NCBI GenBank assembly: GCA_028700115.1
Contig: JAQVTI010000006.1
Coordinates: 15,505 to 47,504, forward strand
Origin: Candidatus Iainarchaeum sp.
GTDB lineage: Archaea; Iainarchaeota; Iainarchaeia; Iainarchaeales; CSSED10-239
Length of the DNA stretch: 32,000 bases
Direction: 5' to 3'
Made by a program: the position numbers and the translations under genes. The notes beneath the pieces are model-generated. The model worked only from the letters and a program-made list of their open reading frames with translations. It made no database searches and had not been told where the DNA came from. Shown here piece by piece: positions 17,580 through 26,094 of this stretch (the stretch's first letter is position 1; the number at the start of each line of letters is the position of its first letter).

Positions 17580-18371
17580 ATGAGTGAAGTTATTGCAATT
17601 GTTTCTGGAAAAGGAGGTGTTGGAAAAACAACTCTTACTGCAAATTTAGGTATTGCTTTAAGTGAATTAGGTCATTTAGTTTTAGTTATTGATGCAGATA
17701 TTGCTATGTCTAATTTGAGTTTATTAATAGGTGTTGATAACCCCCCAATAACACTTCATGATGTTTTATTAGGTTCTTCTTCAGCAGCAGATGCTACTTA
17801 TGAAGGTCCAAAAAATCTAAAAATAATCCCTTCTGGGCTTTCAATTTCTAATTATCAAAGAGTAGATGTTGAAAGATTAGTTTCTATTGTGAAATCTTTA
17901 AAAAATGAATATGATTATATATTAATAGATGCACCTGCTGGAATTGATAAAAATGTAATTGCTGCAATGTCTGCTTCTAGTCAAATTCTTTTAATAACAG
18001 AACCAACAGCCCCTTCTGTTGCAGATGTGTTTAAAGCAAAAATTGTTGCAGAAAGATTAAATCAAAAAGTAATGGGTGTAGTTATTAATAAATTTAGTGG
18101 AATTAAAGGAGAAATTACAGAAAAAGAAATAATGAAAATGCTTGAAGTTCCAAGTTATGGGAAAATTCCATATGCTGAAGATATTAGAGAGTCTTTTTTA
18201 TTAAAAAAAATTAAACCTATATTAATTCATAATTCTGCAAGTCCTTCATCTAATTCTTTTAGAGATATTGCAAGAAAAATATCTGGTAAAAAAGATGAAG
18301 TTGTAAAATCTAATACTAAGAAAGGATTATTTTCATTCTTAAGAAAAATGTTTTCAAAAAATAAAATATAA
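17580..18371 (+). CDS. minD: MinD/ParA-family ATPase (archaeal MinD-like)
   Basis: Deviant Walker A SGKGGVGKTT, VLVIDADIAMSNL, and Walker B YILIDAPAG. 263 aa with a basic C-terminal tail (LFSFLRKMFSKNKI) that could form a membrane-targeting amphipathic helix. Confidence 0.85.
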   Translation: MSEVIAIVSGKGGVGKTTLTANLGIALSELGHLVLVIDADIAMSNLSLLIGVDNPPITLHDVLLGSSSAADATYEGPKNLKIIPSGLSISNYQRVDVERLVSIVKSLKNEYDYILIDAPAGIDKNVIAAMSASSQILLITEPTAPSVADVFKAKIVAERLNQKVMGVVINKFSGIKGEITEKEIMKMLEVPSYGKIPYAEDIRESFLLKKIKPILIHNSASPSSNSFRDIARKISGKKDEVVKSNTKKGLFSFLRKMFSKNKI

Positions 18372-18390
18372 AAAATCAAGGTGAATAAAA

Positions 18391-18621
18391 ATGACAGAAA
18401 GTAAAGTTACAAGACCATTTGATATGTTAAATAGTGCTATAAATAAACAAGTTTTAGTACAATTAAAAGATAATGTTCAAATTAGAGGTAAATTAAAAGC
18501 TTTTGATGTTCATATGAATATTGTTTTAGATGATGCTGAAGAAATTATTGATGGAAAAACAAAAACAAAATATGTTGAAACATTATTAAGAGGAGACAAT
18601 ATTGTTTGGATAACTGTTTAG
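18391..18621 (+). CDS. Sm-like archaeal protein (SmAP/LSm)
   Basis: Sm1 motif VLVQLKDNVQIRGKLKAFDVHMNIVLDDAEE and Sm2 motif LLRGDNIVWI. 76 aa, AAGGTGA Shine-Dalgarno site upstream. Confidence 0.9.
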   Translation: MTESKVTRPFDMLNSAINKQVLVQLKDNVQIRGKLKAFDVHMNIVLDDAEEIIDGKTKTKYVETLLRGDNIVWITV

Positions 18622-18679
18622 TTTTAATATTATTTATAAAAATTAATTTTTTTTATAAATTATTTCAAATGTGTTTTAA

Positions 18680-19588
18680 ATGGTTTTAAAAATATTTTTA
18701 GATGTTGTTTTAGGAGAAAGTTTAGTATCTCAGACAACATCAAATATTTTTACAATGATCCCTCAAAATCTATTTTTTTATTTATTTCTATTTATATGTT
18801 TTTTAATTCTTATTTTAGTAATTTCTTTTTTAATAATTCCATTATTTAAACAAAGTCCTGAAAAACTTTATAAAAAATATATTTGTGTTAGACAAAATCT
18901 TGAAAAAATTGATTTTCTTCATGAATCTAAAAAAATTAGTTTTGATATGTATGTTTCTTTACAATTTTATTATGCTAAAGAATATGAAAAATTAGTAAAA
19001 TTATTAATTAAAGATCCTATTTATAAAAAAATGTTACAAAATTATAAAATTAAAGACAATTCTAAAGCAGAAATAGAAAATGTTCTAAAAATTAAAAATA
19101 TTGAAAATCAAAATATAAAACTTATAAATACATTATTTAATTCTCTTATTCCAAAAGCAAAATTTTATAAAAAAGAAGAAATTATTCAAGCTATTTTAGA
19201 TGAGGGTATTTCTAAAGATATAGCTAATACAGTAATAGAATTACTAGAAAAGAAAAATATTAAGTTTAATAGTGCTGTTGCAGAAGAAAAAGAAAGTAAA
19301 GTTTCTTTATTTTTGAATGCTCTTTTTACAAAAACAACAAAAGTACCTCTAAAAAATGAATCAAATATATATAAATTAGATGATATTAATATAAATTCAT
19401 CAAATAAAATTTCTGAAATTGATACATCTTCAATTGATTCAGATATTCAAAAAATTATTCCTTCTAAAAATAAAAATATTTGGAAATTTTTTATAAATAT
19501 TTTTAAGTCTAATAATGAAAAAAATCATACTGTTTCTGAAATTAATGATATTTTTAAAGATATTGAATATGAATTAAATAAAAAATAA
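18680..19588 (+). CDS. Hypothetical membrane-anchored protein
   Basis: One strong TM segment (LFFYLFLFICFLILILVISFLIIPLF) followed by a K/N/E-rich soluble region. The start is uncertain (an alternative in-frame ATG begins MIPQNLFF...). Confidence 0.55.
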   Translation: MVLKIFLDVVLGESLVSQTTSNIFTMIPQNLFFYLFLFICFLILILVISFLIIPLFKQSPEKLYKKYICVRQNLEKIDFLHESKKISFDMYVSLQFYYAKEYEKLVKLLIKDPIYKKMLQNYKIKDNSKAEIENVLKIKNIENQNIKLINTLFNSLIPKAKFYKKEEIIQAILDEGISKDIANTVIELLEKKNIKFNSAVAEEKESKVSLFLNALFTKTTKVPLKNESNIYKLDDININSSNKISEIDTSSIDSDIQKIIPSKNKNIWKFFINIFKSNNEKNHTVSEINDIFKDIEYELNKK

Positions 19589-19597
19589 TTATTATTT

Positions 19598-19750
19598 TTA
19601 TTCTCTAGAATTAATTAATATAACTATTCCAATAATTATTAATATCAATCCTAAATATATATTTAATTTAGATAATATTCCTGGAAGGCTTGGTATATAC
19701 ATTCCAATACCTATACCCATAATAATACCACTTGCAAGTGTTTTACCCAT
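19598..19750 (-). CDS. Small (50 aa) two-TM membrane protein, absent from the ORF track
   Basis: My translation of the minus strand: MGKTLASGIIMGIGIGMYIPSLPGILSKLNIYLGLILIIIGIVILINSRE*. A GAGG Shine-Dalgarno-like site lies 7 nt upstream of the ATG. It fills an otherwise empty 280-nt gap. Confidence 0.5.
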   Translation of the reverse strand: MGKTLASGIIMGIGIGMYIPSLPGILSKLNIYLGLILIIIGIVILINSRE

Positions 19751-19867
19751 ATATTTTCCTCTTTTTTCTTTTATTTATAATATATATTTTTATTTTTTTT
19801 ATAATATATTTACTCATTAGATTTATATTATTAATGATTTATATTATTTTATAAGGGGTATTTTAAA

Positions 19868-20590
19868 ATGAATAATATTATTTTTGGATTATATGATGTT
19901 TTAATTAAAGGTAAATTAAATAAAGATATAGATTTTTCATATTTAGATGATTTATCAAAATATTTAATATCAAAAAAAGTTAATTTATATCTAGTAACTG
20001 GTCTTTTAGAAGATAAATGTAATGAAATTATAGATTTATTTTCTTTAGATAAATTTTTTAAAAAAGAAAATATTATTTTTATAAATCAAGAATATTTAGA
20101 TTCTCTTTCTGAGATTGATAAAAAGATAAGATTTAATAAATTTAAAGAAGATTTATTTTATCATGATGATTATCATAAAGTTTATTTTATAAATAATCAT
20201 AAAAATTTAAATTCAGGAAATACATTATTTGTTGGACACGACTTATGGACCGATGCATTTTATATTAGTAGATATACAAAAGCGAATGTAATACTCTTAA
20301 AAGAGACTTTATCTTATAATAATTTTTTTTATAAGAAAGATTTTAAAACAATTTATACAATTTCTTCAGATTTTATTTCGTTTAAAAATTTTTTAGAATC
20401 TGGGAAGTTATTTGATTATTCTGCATTAAATAATTTTGCACATAAAAAAATATATGGTCAAATGGTTGGTCAAATTAATTTTGGGAATATAGATTTTGGT
20501 AAAGTTGTTGAAAAATATTATAAAAGCAAAAAAGATATAAATTCTAAAGATATTAATTTATTTAAAGATTCTAAAAATTTAGATAAATAA
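19868..20590 (+). CDS. Hypothetical protein, possibly a divergent HAD-like fold
   Basis: IIFGLYDVLIKG lies where HAD motif I (hhhhDxDxT) would be, but both Asp residues appear to be absent. LYLVTG (motif II-like) and LFVGHDLWTD (motif IV-like) are present. Weak. Confidence 0.35.
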   Translation: MNNIIFGLYDVLIKGKLNKDIDFSYLDDLSKYLISKKVNLYLVTGLLEDKCNEIIDLFSLDKFFKKENIIFINQEYLDSLSEIDKKIRFNKFKEDLFYHDDYHKVYFINNHKNLNSGNTLFVGHDLWTDAFYISRYTKANVILLKETLSYNNFFYKKDFKTIYTISSDFISFKNFLESGKLFDYSALNNFAHKKIYGQMVGQINFGNIDFGKVVEKYYKSKKDINSKDINLFKDSKNLDK

Positions 20591-20643
20591 TTTTACAAAA
20601 ATATTATTTATTTTAAAAATTTATATTGAAAAAAGTGTGTTTT

Positions 20644-21888
20644 ATGGAAATAAAAAATATAAAGGCTATAAGAATAATTGATTCTAGAGGTGTTCCTACA
20701 ATTAAAACTTTTGTTGAAACAAAAAATTCTATTGAAAGTGCAAGTGTTCCTTCTGGGACTTCTTCTGGTGATTTTGAAGCTTTAGAGCTTAGGGATAATT
20801 CTAAGTCTTTTTTTAAAATGGATGTTTTAAAAGCTATAAAAAATGTAAATACTATTATTAATTCTGCTTTAAAGGGAGATTTTGTTTTAGATCAAAAAGA
20901 AATTGATAATAAATTAATAAAATTAGATGGAACTTCTAATAAATCTAAGCTTGGTGCAAATGCGATTTTATCTGTTAGTCTTGCTTGTGCAAAGGTTGCT
21001 GCAAAAGAATTAGATATTCCTTTATATTTATATTTGTCTCGATTAAATAATACTAAAAAATTAAAATTTCCAACACCTTTTTTAAATATTATAAATGGGG
21101 GTCTTCATTCTGGGGGGAATTTTCTTGCATTTCAAGAATTTCAAATAATTCCAGAAAAATTTAAGTCTTTTGAAGATAAAATTAAAGCATCTTGTGAAGT
21201 ATATAATTGTTTAAAAGAAATAATTTCTAAAAAATTAGGTTCTTCTTCTACAAATGTAGGGTATGAGGGTGGTTTTGTTCCTATTTTAAAAAAACAAGAT
21301 GAGTTTATGGCTTTAGATTTAATTCAATTAGCAATTGATAAATTAAAGTATTCTAAAGAAATAAGTTTAGGTTTAGATTGTGCTGCAAATTCTTTTTATA
21401 ATAAAGATTCTAAAAAATATTTTTTTGATTCTAATTCTTTTTCTTCTGATGATTTAATTAATTATTATTCTGATCTTTTAAAAACATATAATATAAAAGC
21501 AATAGAAGATCCTTTTTCTGAAACAGATAAATCTTCTTGGAAAAAATTTACTTCTAAATTTTCTTCTAAAATTAAAATAATTGGAGATGATCTTTTAGTT
21601 ACAAATCCAAAATTTATAAATCAAGCTATTAAAAATAAATTTTGTAATTCTTTGCTTTTAAAAGTTAATCAAATAGGAACTTTAACAGAAAGTATAAATT
21701 CTTTTAATATTGCAAAAAAAGCAAATTGGGATGTAGAAATATCTCATAGATCTGGAGAAACAGAAGATACTTTTATTGCAGATTTAGCATATGGTTTATC
21801 TTCTGAATATATTAAGTTTGGTGCTCCTTCTAGAAGTGAAAGAACTTCTAAATATAATAGACTTATTGAAATTGAATCTTTTTTATAG
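20644..21888 (+). CDS. eno: Enolase (phosphopyruvate hydratase)
   Basis: IKAIRIIDSRGVPTIKT N-terminus and SHRSGETEDTFIADLA, IKFGAPSRSERTSKYN signatures. I prefer ATG 20644 (MEIKNIKA...) over the TTG 20626 in the ORF track. Confidence 0.9.
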   Translation: MEIKNIKAIRIIDSRGVPTIKTFVETKNSIESASVPSGTSSGDFEALELRDNSKSFFKMDVLKAIKNVNTIINSALKGDFVLDQKEIDNKLIKLDGTSNKSKLGANAILSVSLACAKVAAKELDIPLYLYLSRLNNTKKLKFPTPFLNIINGGLHSGGNFLAFQEFQIIPEKFKSFEDKIKASCEVYNCLKEIISKKLGSSSTNVGYEGGFVPILKKQDEFMALDLIQLAIDKLKYSKEISLGLDCAANSFYNKDSKKYFFDSNSFSSDDLINYYSDLLKTYNIKAIEDPFSETDKSSWKKFTSKFSSKIKIIGDDLLVTNPKFINQAIKNKFCNSLLLKVNQIGTLTESINSFNIAKKANWDVEISHRSGETEDTFIADLAYGLSSEYIKFGAPSRSERTSKYNRLIEIESFL

Positions 21889-21890
21889 AT

Positions 21891-22058
21891 TTATTTTTTT
21901 TTAAGCATTGGAAGTCCAGTTTTAGAATTTTCAATAACTTTATATTTATCTGGAAGATCTATTGATTCTTTTTCATCTCCTGAAAAGAAAAATAAATGCC
22001 CTTTTTTATGCAAATAATATATTTTTCCGTTTTTTTTATTTATTTGTGAATACCCCAT
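21891..22058 (-). CDS. Small (55 aa) basic protein, absent from the ORF track
   Basis: My translation of the minus strand: MGYSQINKKNGKIYYLHKKGHLFFFSGDEKESIDLPDKYKVIENSKTGLPMLKKK*. GAGGTG Shine-Dalgarno site upstream. Convergent with eno. Confidence 0.5.
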   Translation of the reverse strand: MGYSQINKKNGKIYYLHKKGHLFFFSGDEKESIDLPDKYKVIENSKTGLPMLKKK

Positions 22059-22230
22059 TTTTAAAAACACCTCTTTTTTTTTAAAAAACTAAATATACTA
22101 TTTTCCGAATCTTTTTTAAATGTTTATAATTTTTTTTTAATTTTTTAACATTAACTAAATAACGAAAGCTTTTTATAAACATTTATAAATATTTTTATTT
22201 ATAAGATAATTATATTTTATAGTATCTTAA

Positions 22231-22314
22231 AATATTTAAAAAAATATTTAAAAAAATATTTAAAAAAATATTTAAAAAAATATTTAAAAAAATATTTAAA
22301 AAAATATTTAAAAA
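22231..22314 (+). repeat. Seven exact tandem copies of a 12-bp TATA-like unit (aatatttaaaaa)
   Basis: Counted directly: 7 x 12 = 84 nt, with a degenerate eighth copy (tatcttaaaa) on the 5' side. The array ends 14 nt before ATG 22329. Confidence 0.95.
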
Positions 22315-22328
22315 AATTTGGTGGTTTA

Positions 22329-23174
22329 ATGGCAGAAGATGACTTTGATATTTCAGAAGCTCCAGTTTCTAGTTCTGGGGGAAAATTTAAGATTAAACTT
22401 GAAACATTAATTCCTATTTTGATTATTGTAGCAGTTGTTTTATTTTTAGTATTTAAAACAAATATTTTTTCAGAAGGAACAAATATTTTTGGAGGGCAAA
22501 AAGCTTCTATTCTTGTGATAGGTAGTCCTACTCCTGAATTAACTTCTATTTTAAAAGATTTTGAAAATAAAGATTTAATTAAAGAAGCAAGACAACTTTC
22601 TGCAAGTGATTTAGTTCATAATCCTAAAGATAGAATTAAAAATTATGATATTATTATTTTAGATCAAAGTATGTCTTTAGATAAATCAATTTCAAGAACA
22701 ACAGGCGAGGCAATTACTAGTTTTGTACAATCTGGTGGTAGTTTGATTGTTGTTTTAAATTCAGGAATTGAAAGAACTGGAGATGCATCAGTTATTGGTT
22801 GGAAAGCTACTTTTGGGGATATTGTTCCTGTAACTTGTGAGGCTTCTATTTTTAGTGTTCCAAGTTGTAAACAAACTTTAAGAGTAAATGGTACTATTTT
22901 TGCAAATAGGTATGATAGTAAGCAAGGTGGTTATAAGATCATGTATGGTATTGAAAAAGTACCGGCTATGGAATCTTTTGGACTTATAAGTACAGAAGCA
23001 TATCCTGTTCATGCAGAAGGTACAGAAATAGCTTATTTACTAGATGCAAGAACTGGAATGACATATACTGCTATTGTTGAAAAACCATTACTTTTAGGAA
23101 AAGTTATTTATTTTAATTTTAATCCTGGTCTTTCAGAAGCAATATTAATTAATACAATTAAATATTTAAGTTAG
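22329..23174 (+). CDS. Hypothetical membrane-anchored protein (N-terminal TM, Cys-containing outer domain)
   Basis: LIPILIIVAVVLFLVF TM segment. YDIIILDQSM...FVQSGGSLIVVLNSG suggests a flavodoxin-like/GATase1-like fold (weak). GGTGG Shine-Dalgarno site upstream. Confidence 0.6.
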   Translation: MAEDDFDISEAPVSSSGGKFKIKLETLIPILIIVAVVLFLVFKTNIFSEGTNIFGGQKASILVIGSPTPELTSILKDFENKDLIKEARQLSASDLVHNPKDRIKNYDIIILDQSMSLDKSISRTTGEAITSFVQSGGSLIVVLNSGIERTGDASVIGWKATFGDIVPVTCEASIFSVPSCKQTLRVNGTIFANRYDSKQGGYKIMYGIEKVPAMESFGLISTEAYPVHAEGTEIAYLLDARTGMTYTAIVEKPLLLGKVIYFNFNPGLSEAILINTIKYLS

Positions 23175-23203
23175 ATTTTTTAGAAATAAAAAATCTTTTT
23201 TTT
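23172..23203 (+). terminator. Stop codon + perfect 9-bp hairpin + T-run (copy 1 of a shared element)
   Basis: TAG, then agatttttt (23173-23181) / loop agaaat / aaaaaatct (23188-23196), followed by a T-run. Confidence 0.6.
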
Positions 23204-23375
23204 ATTTTTTTCTTAAATATATTTTTTATAATTAAAATAAACCTTTTTAAATACTTCTTATCTATAATTATTATAGTTAAGACCTTATTCTTATTAAATC
23301 TAAATTAATAATTGTTAGGTTTTATTCCGCAAAAATATAAAAAATTACTGCCTATGTGCAGGAGGTGCGTAACAA

Positions 23376-24029
23376 TTGGATAAAAAAAATGTAGAGAAGG
23401 CTTTAGTTCAAGTTTTTGATTTTTCTAAGAAAAGAAATTTTGATGAGTCTTTAGATGTGATTTTTACTTTTAAAAATCTAAATCTTAAAAATCCAGAACA
23501 TAGAGTTGATTTTAGTGTAACTATACCTAATCCTTTTATTAAAGATATTAAAACATTAGCTTTTGTAAAAGATAAAAATTTATTAGAAGGTTTAAAAGGT
23601 GTTGTAGATAAAATTGTTCTAGATGAAGATATCTCTAAGATGTCTAAAAAAGAAAAAAAGCAAATGGCAAATAGTTATGACTTCTTTTTAGCAGAAGGAC
23701 CTGTTATGTTAACTGTAGGGCGATTTTTAGGACAATTTTTAAGTCCAAAAGGAAAAATGCCTTTAATTGTTCCTAATCCTGAAGTTGCAAAAGCTATGAT
23801 TCAATCTGCAAAGTCAACAATTAAAATAAATAATAAAAGAAATAAGACTTCTGTTTCTATTCAAACAAGAATTGGAAAGAAAAGTCAAACTTCTTTAAAA
23901 GTTGCAGAAAATATTATGACTATTTATAATTCATTAGTTGATAAATTACCTGCAGGTGAACAAAATTTTAAAAATATTTATGTAAAAACTACTATGAGTT
24001 CACCAGTAAAGGTTGGTGATAATAAATGA
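23376..24029 (+). CDS. rpl1: 50S ribosomal protein L1
   Basis: TTG start 8 nt after a strong GGAGGTG Shine-Dalgarno site. FDESLDV...LNL and FLAEGPVM..VGRFLGQFLSPKGKMP motifs. Followed by P0 and P1 in the canonical order. Confidence 0.9.
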   Translation: MDKKNVEKALVQVFDFSKKRNFDESLDVIFTFKNLNLKNPEHRVDFSVTIPNPFIKDIKTLAFVKDKNLLEGLKGVVDKIVLDEDISKMSKKEKKQMANSYDFFLAEGPVMLTVGRFLGQFLSPKGKMPLIVPNPEVAKAMIQSAKSTIKINNKRNKTSVSIQTRIGKKSQTSLKVAENIMTIYNSLVDKLPAGEQNFKNIYVKTTMSSPVKVGDNK

Positions 24030-24829
24030 CTAAACATATTAAACAATGGAGAATAGATCAATTTAGTCAAATTAATAAATTAATATCAGACTATAAAGTT
24101 ATTGGTATTGGTGATCTAGAAAATTTTCCATCAGCTTTACTTCATAAATTAAGAAAAAAATTACCTGATGTTAAATTTAAAGTTACAAATCGAAATGTTT
24201 TAAAAAGAGTTTTAGATTCTTTAAACCATAAAGATATTTTAGAAATTTTACCAAAGCAACCAATAATTATTTTAACAAATGATAATGCTTTTGAACTTTA
24301 TGCAAATATAAAGAAAAATAAAGCAAGATCTAAAGCTAAAGTTGGTATGGTTTCTCCAATAGATATTATTATTCCTGAAGGAGACACAGGACTTGCACCT
24401 GGACCAGCTCTTTCTGATTTAAAGAAAGTCGGTTTAAAAGCTCAAGTTAAAGGACCTACAATATATATTACAAAAGATGCTGTTGTTACTTCAAAAGGAG
24501 AAATAATTAGTTCTGATGTTGTAAGTACTTTATCAAAATTAGATATTAAACCAATTGAATTAATTTTAGAAATTTCTGGAGTTAAAGAAGATGGTTTAAT
24601 ATATAATAAAGATATATTAAATATTGATGCAGAAGATATCTTTAACCAATTTACTATTGCTTTTAGAAGTAGTGTAAATTTAGCTGTTGAGATAGGATAT
24701 ATTGTAAAAGAAACAATAGAACCTTTAATTATGTCTGCAGAATTAAAAGCAAAAGCTTTACAAATAGAAGTTGATTTAAAATCTTCTTCTGAAAAATCTT
24801 CTATAGATAAAAATGAGGAGAATAATTAA
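24026..24829 (+). CDS. rplP0: 50S ribosomal protein L10 / acidic ribosomal protein P0
   Basis: ATGA overlap with L1, the operon position, and the PEGDTGLAPGPALSDLKKVGL motif typical of P0. Confidence 0.85.
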   Translation: MTKHIKQWRIDQFSQINKLISDYKVIGIGDLENFPSALLHKLRKKLPDVKFKVTNRNVLKRVLDSLNHKDILEILPKQPIIILTNDNAFELYANIKKNKARSKAKVGMVSPIDIIIPEGDTGLAPGPALSDLKKVGLKAQVKGPTIYITKDAVVTSKGEIISSDVVSTLSKLDIKPIELILEISGVKEDGLIYNKDILNIDAEDIFNQFTIAFRSSVNLAVEIGYIVKETIEPLIMSAELKAKALQIEVDLKSSSEKSSIDKNEENN

Positions 24830-24843
24830 AATAGGTGAATTTT

Positions 24844-25134
24844 ATGGATTATATATATGCAGCATTATTACTTCATAATGCAAATAAAGAAATAAATGAA
24901 GAAAATGTTAAAAAGGTATTAACTTCTGTAGGTATTTCAGTTGATGATGCTAAATTAAAAGGATTAGTTGCAACTTTAAAAAATGTTGATATTAAAGAAG
25001 CAATTTCAAAAGCTTCAATGCCAGTTGCATCTGCTACTATTGAAACAAAAGTAGAAGATAAAAAAGAAGAACCTGAAGAAGAAGTTGTTTCAGAAGAAGC
25101 TGCTGCTGAAGGTTTAGGTTCATTATTTGGTTAG
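24844..25134 (+). CDS. rpl12: 50S ribosomal protein L12 / P1 stalk protein
   Basis: MDYIYAALLLHNA N-terminus, an acidic/Ala-rich hinge, and the conserved C-terminal EGLGSLFG. AGGTG Shine-Dalgarno site before ATG 24844 (the ORF track starts at GTG 24835). Confidence 0.9.
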   Translation: MDYIYAALLLHNANKEINEENVKKVLTSVGISVDDAKLKGLVATLKNVDIKEAISKASMPVASATIETKVEDKKEEPEEEVVSEEAAAEGLGSLFG

Positions 25135-25163
25135 ATTTTTTAGGAATAAAAAATCTTTTTTTT
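25132..25163 (+). terminator. Stop codon + perfect 9-bp hairpin + T-run (copy 2 of a shared element)
   Basis: Same sequence as 23172-23203 except for one loop base (aggaat vs agaaat). Confidence 0.6.
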
Positions 25164-25230
25164 CTTTTTCTTTTTATTTTTATTTAAAGTATATCTTTAA
25201 ATATTTAATTATATTAAAATATATTTAGAT

Positions 25231-26094
25231 ATGCCATTAAGAAGACCAATTTCTAAAAAACAAATAAAACCTAATTTTAATGTAAAGTTTAGTGTGCAAA
25301 ATAATTTAAACTCTAAACAAAAACAAGCTCTTTTTAATTATTATAAGAAAAAACTTGAAGAAAAAAGAGAGTTAGAAAGACAAAAATAACTTCTTGAAGA
25401 TAGAAAAAAAGAAAATTCTATTCAAAAAGAAAAACATTGTTTAAAACCTATTTCTAAAATAAGACATTTAAATAAGAAAAATATTAATAAATTATCTTTA
25501 GAAAGATTAGATAAATTAATTTATTTTTGTGATAAGTTACTTGAAAAATATTCAAAAGAACTTTTAGATTTAAGAAATAAAAAGCAAATAATTCCATTAT
25601 CTTATGGTGAAGAAATTAATTTTATTAAAGAAATTTTAAAATTATCTAAAAAAAGAAAAACTACTTTAGAAAATAAAATAAAAACTACATCTGAAGCTTT
25701 AAAAGAAAGTGAATTTATTAAACAAAAGGAAAATATTTCTAAAAAAGAAGAAATATCTAAAGAAACAAAAGTTGTTAAATTAAAACCAGAATACAAAAAA
25801 GAAGAGGTTAAAACAGAGACAAATAAAAATACTAAAAATATTATAAAAAAAGAAAAAGAAATACAAATTGAAAGAGAAAAAATAGAAGTAGAAAAAAGAA
25901 ATAAAATAAAACTACAAGAAATACATAAAGAGATTTTAAAAGCAGATCTAAAACTTAAAAAGATACAAAATATCACAAAGTCTAAAATAAATCATTTTAA
26001 TGAAAGTAAACTAAATAGATTTAAAGAATATCTTGAGAATATTTTAGAAGAATATAATGGTAGTTTCAATAAATTTAAACAAAATAAATTAGCT
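25231..26094 (+). other. Coding-like upstream extension of the 26095 ORF, interrupted by one in-frame TAA (25387-25389)
   Basis: ATG 25231, then 52 sense codons, then TAA, then 235 stop-free codons with no in-frame ATG/GTG/TTG. All are in the same frame as the ORF beginning at 26095. Confidence 0.7.

Noticed and set aside
22231-22314. Tandem repeats (here and at 26410-26829) considered as a CRISPR array
   Set aside because: The units are directly abutting with no unique spacers. One array is 12-bp A/T-only promoter-like sequence and the other is in-frame coding sequence. No cas genes are present in the window.
23348-23361. Small hairpin (ctgc-ctatgt-gcag) abutting the GGAGGTG Shine-Dalgarno site of rpl1, considered as an L1 autoregulatory site
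   Set aside because: The stem is only 4 bp, and I cannot confirm resemblance to the 23S rRNA L1-binding structure by eye.
25387-25389. Idea that TAA is reassigned to a sense codon (alternative genetic code)
   Set aside because: TAA terminates many conserved genes here at their expected ends (tbp, trxA, eno, SmAP, aglB). TAG and TGA are also used as stops (L12 and ERCC4 nuclease; L21e and rpoF). No global reassignment is supported.
25602-25976. 124-aa minus-strand ORF inside the K/E-rich region
   Set aside because: It is the antisense shadow of the long plus-strand frame (AAA/GAA-rich sense gives TTT/TTC-rich antisense). The plus-strand frame is open for over 1000 codons.
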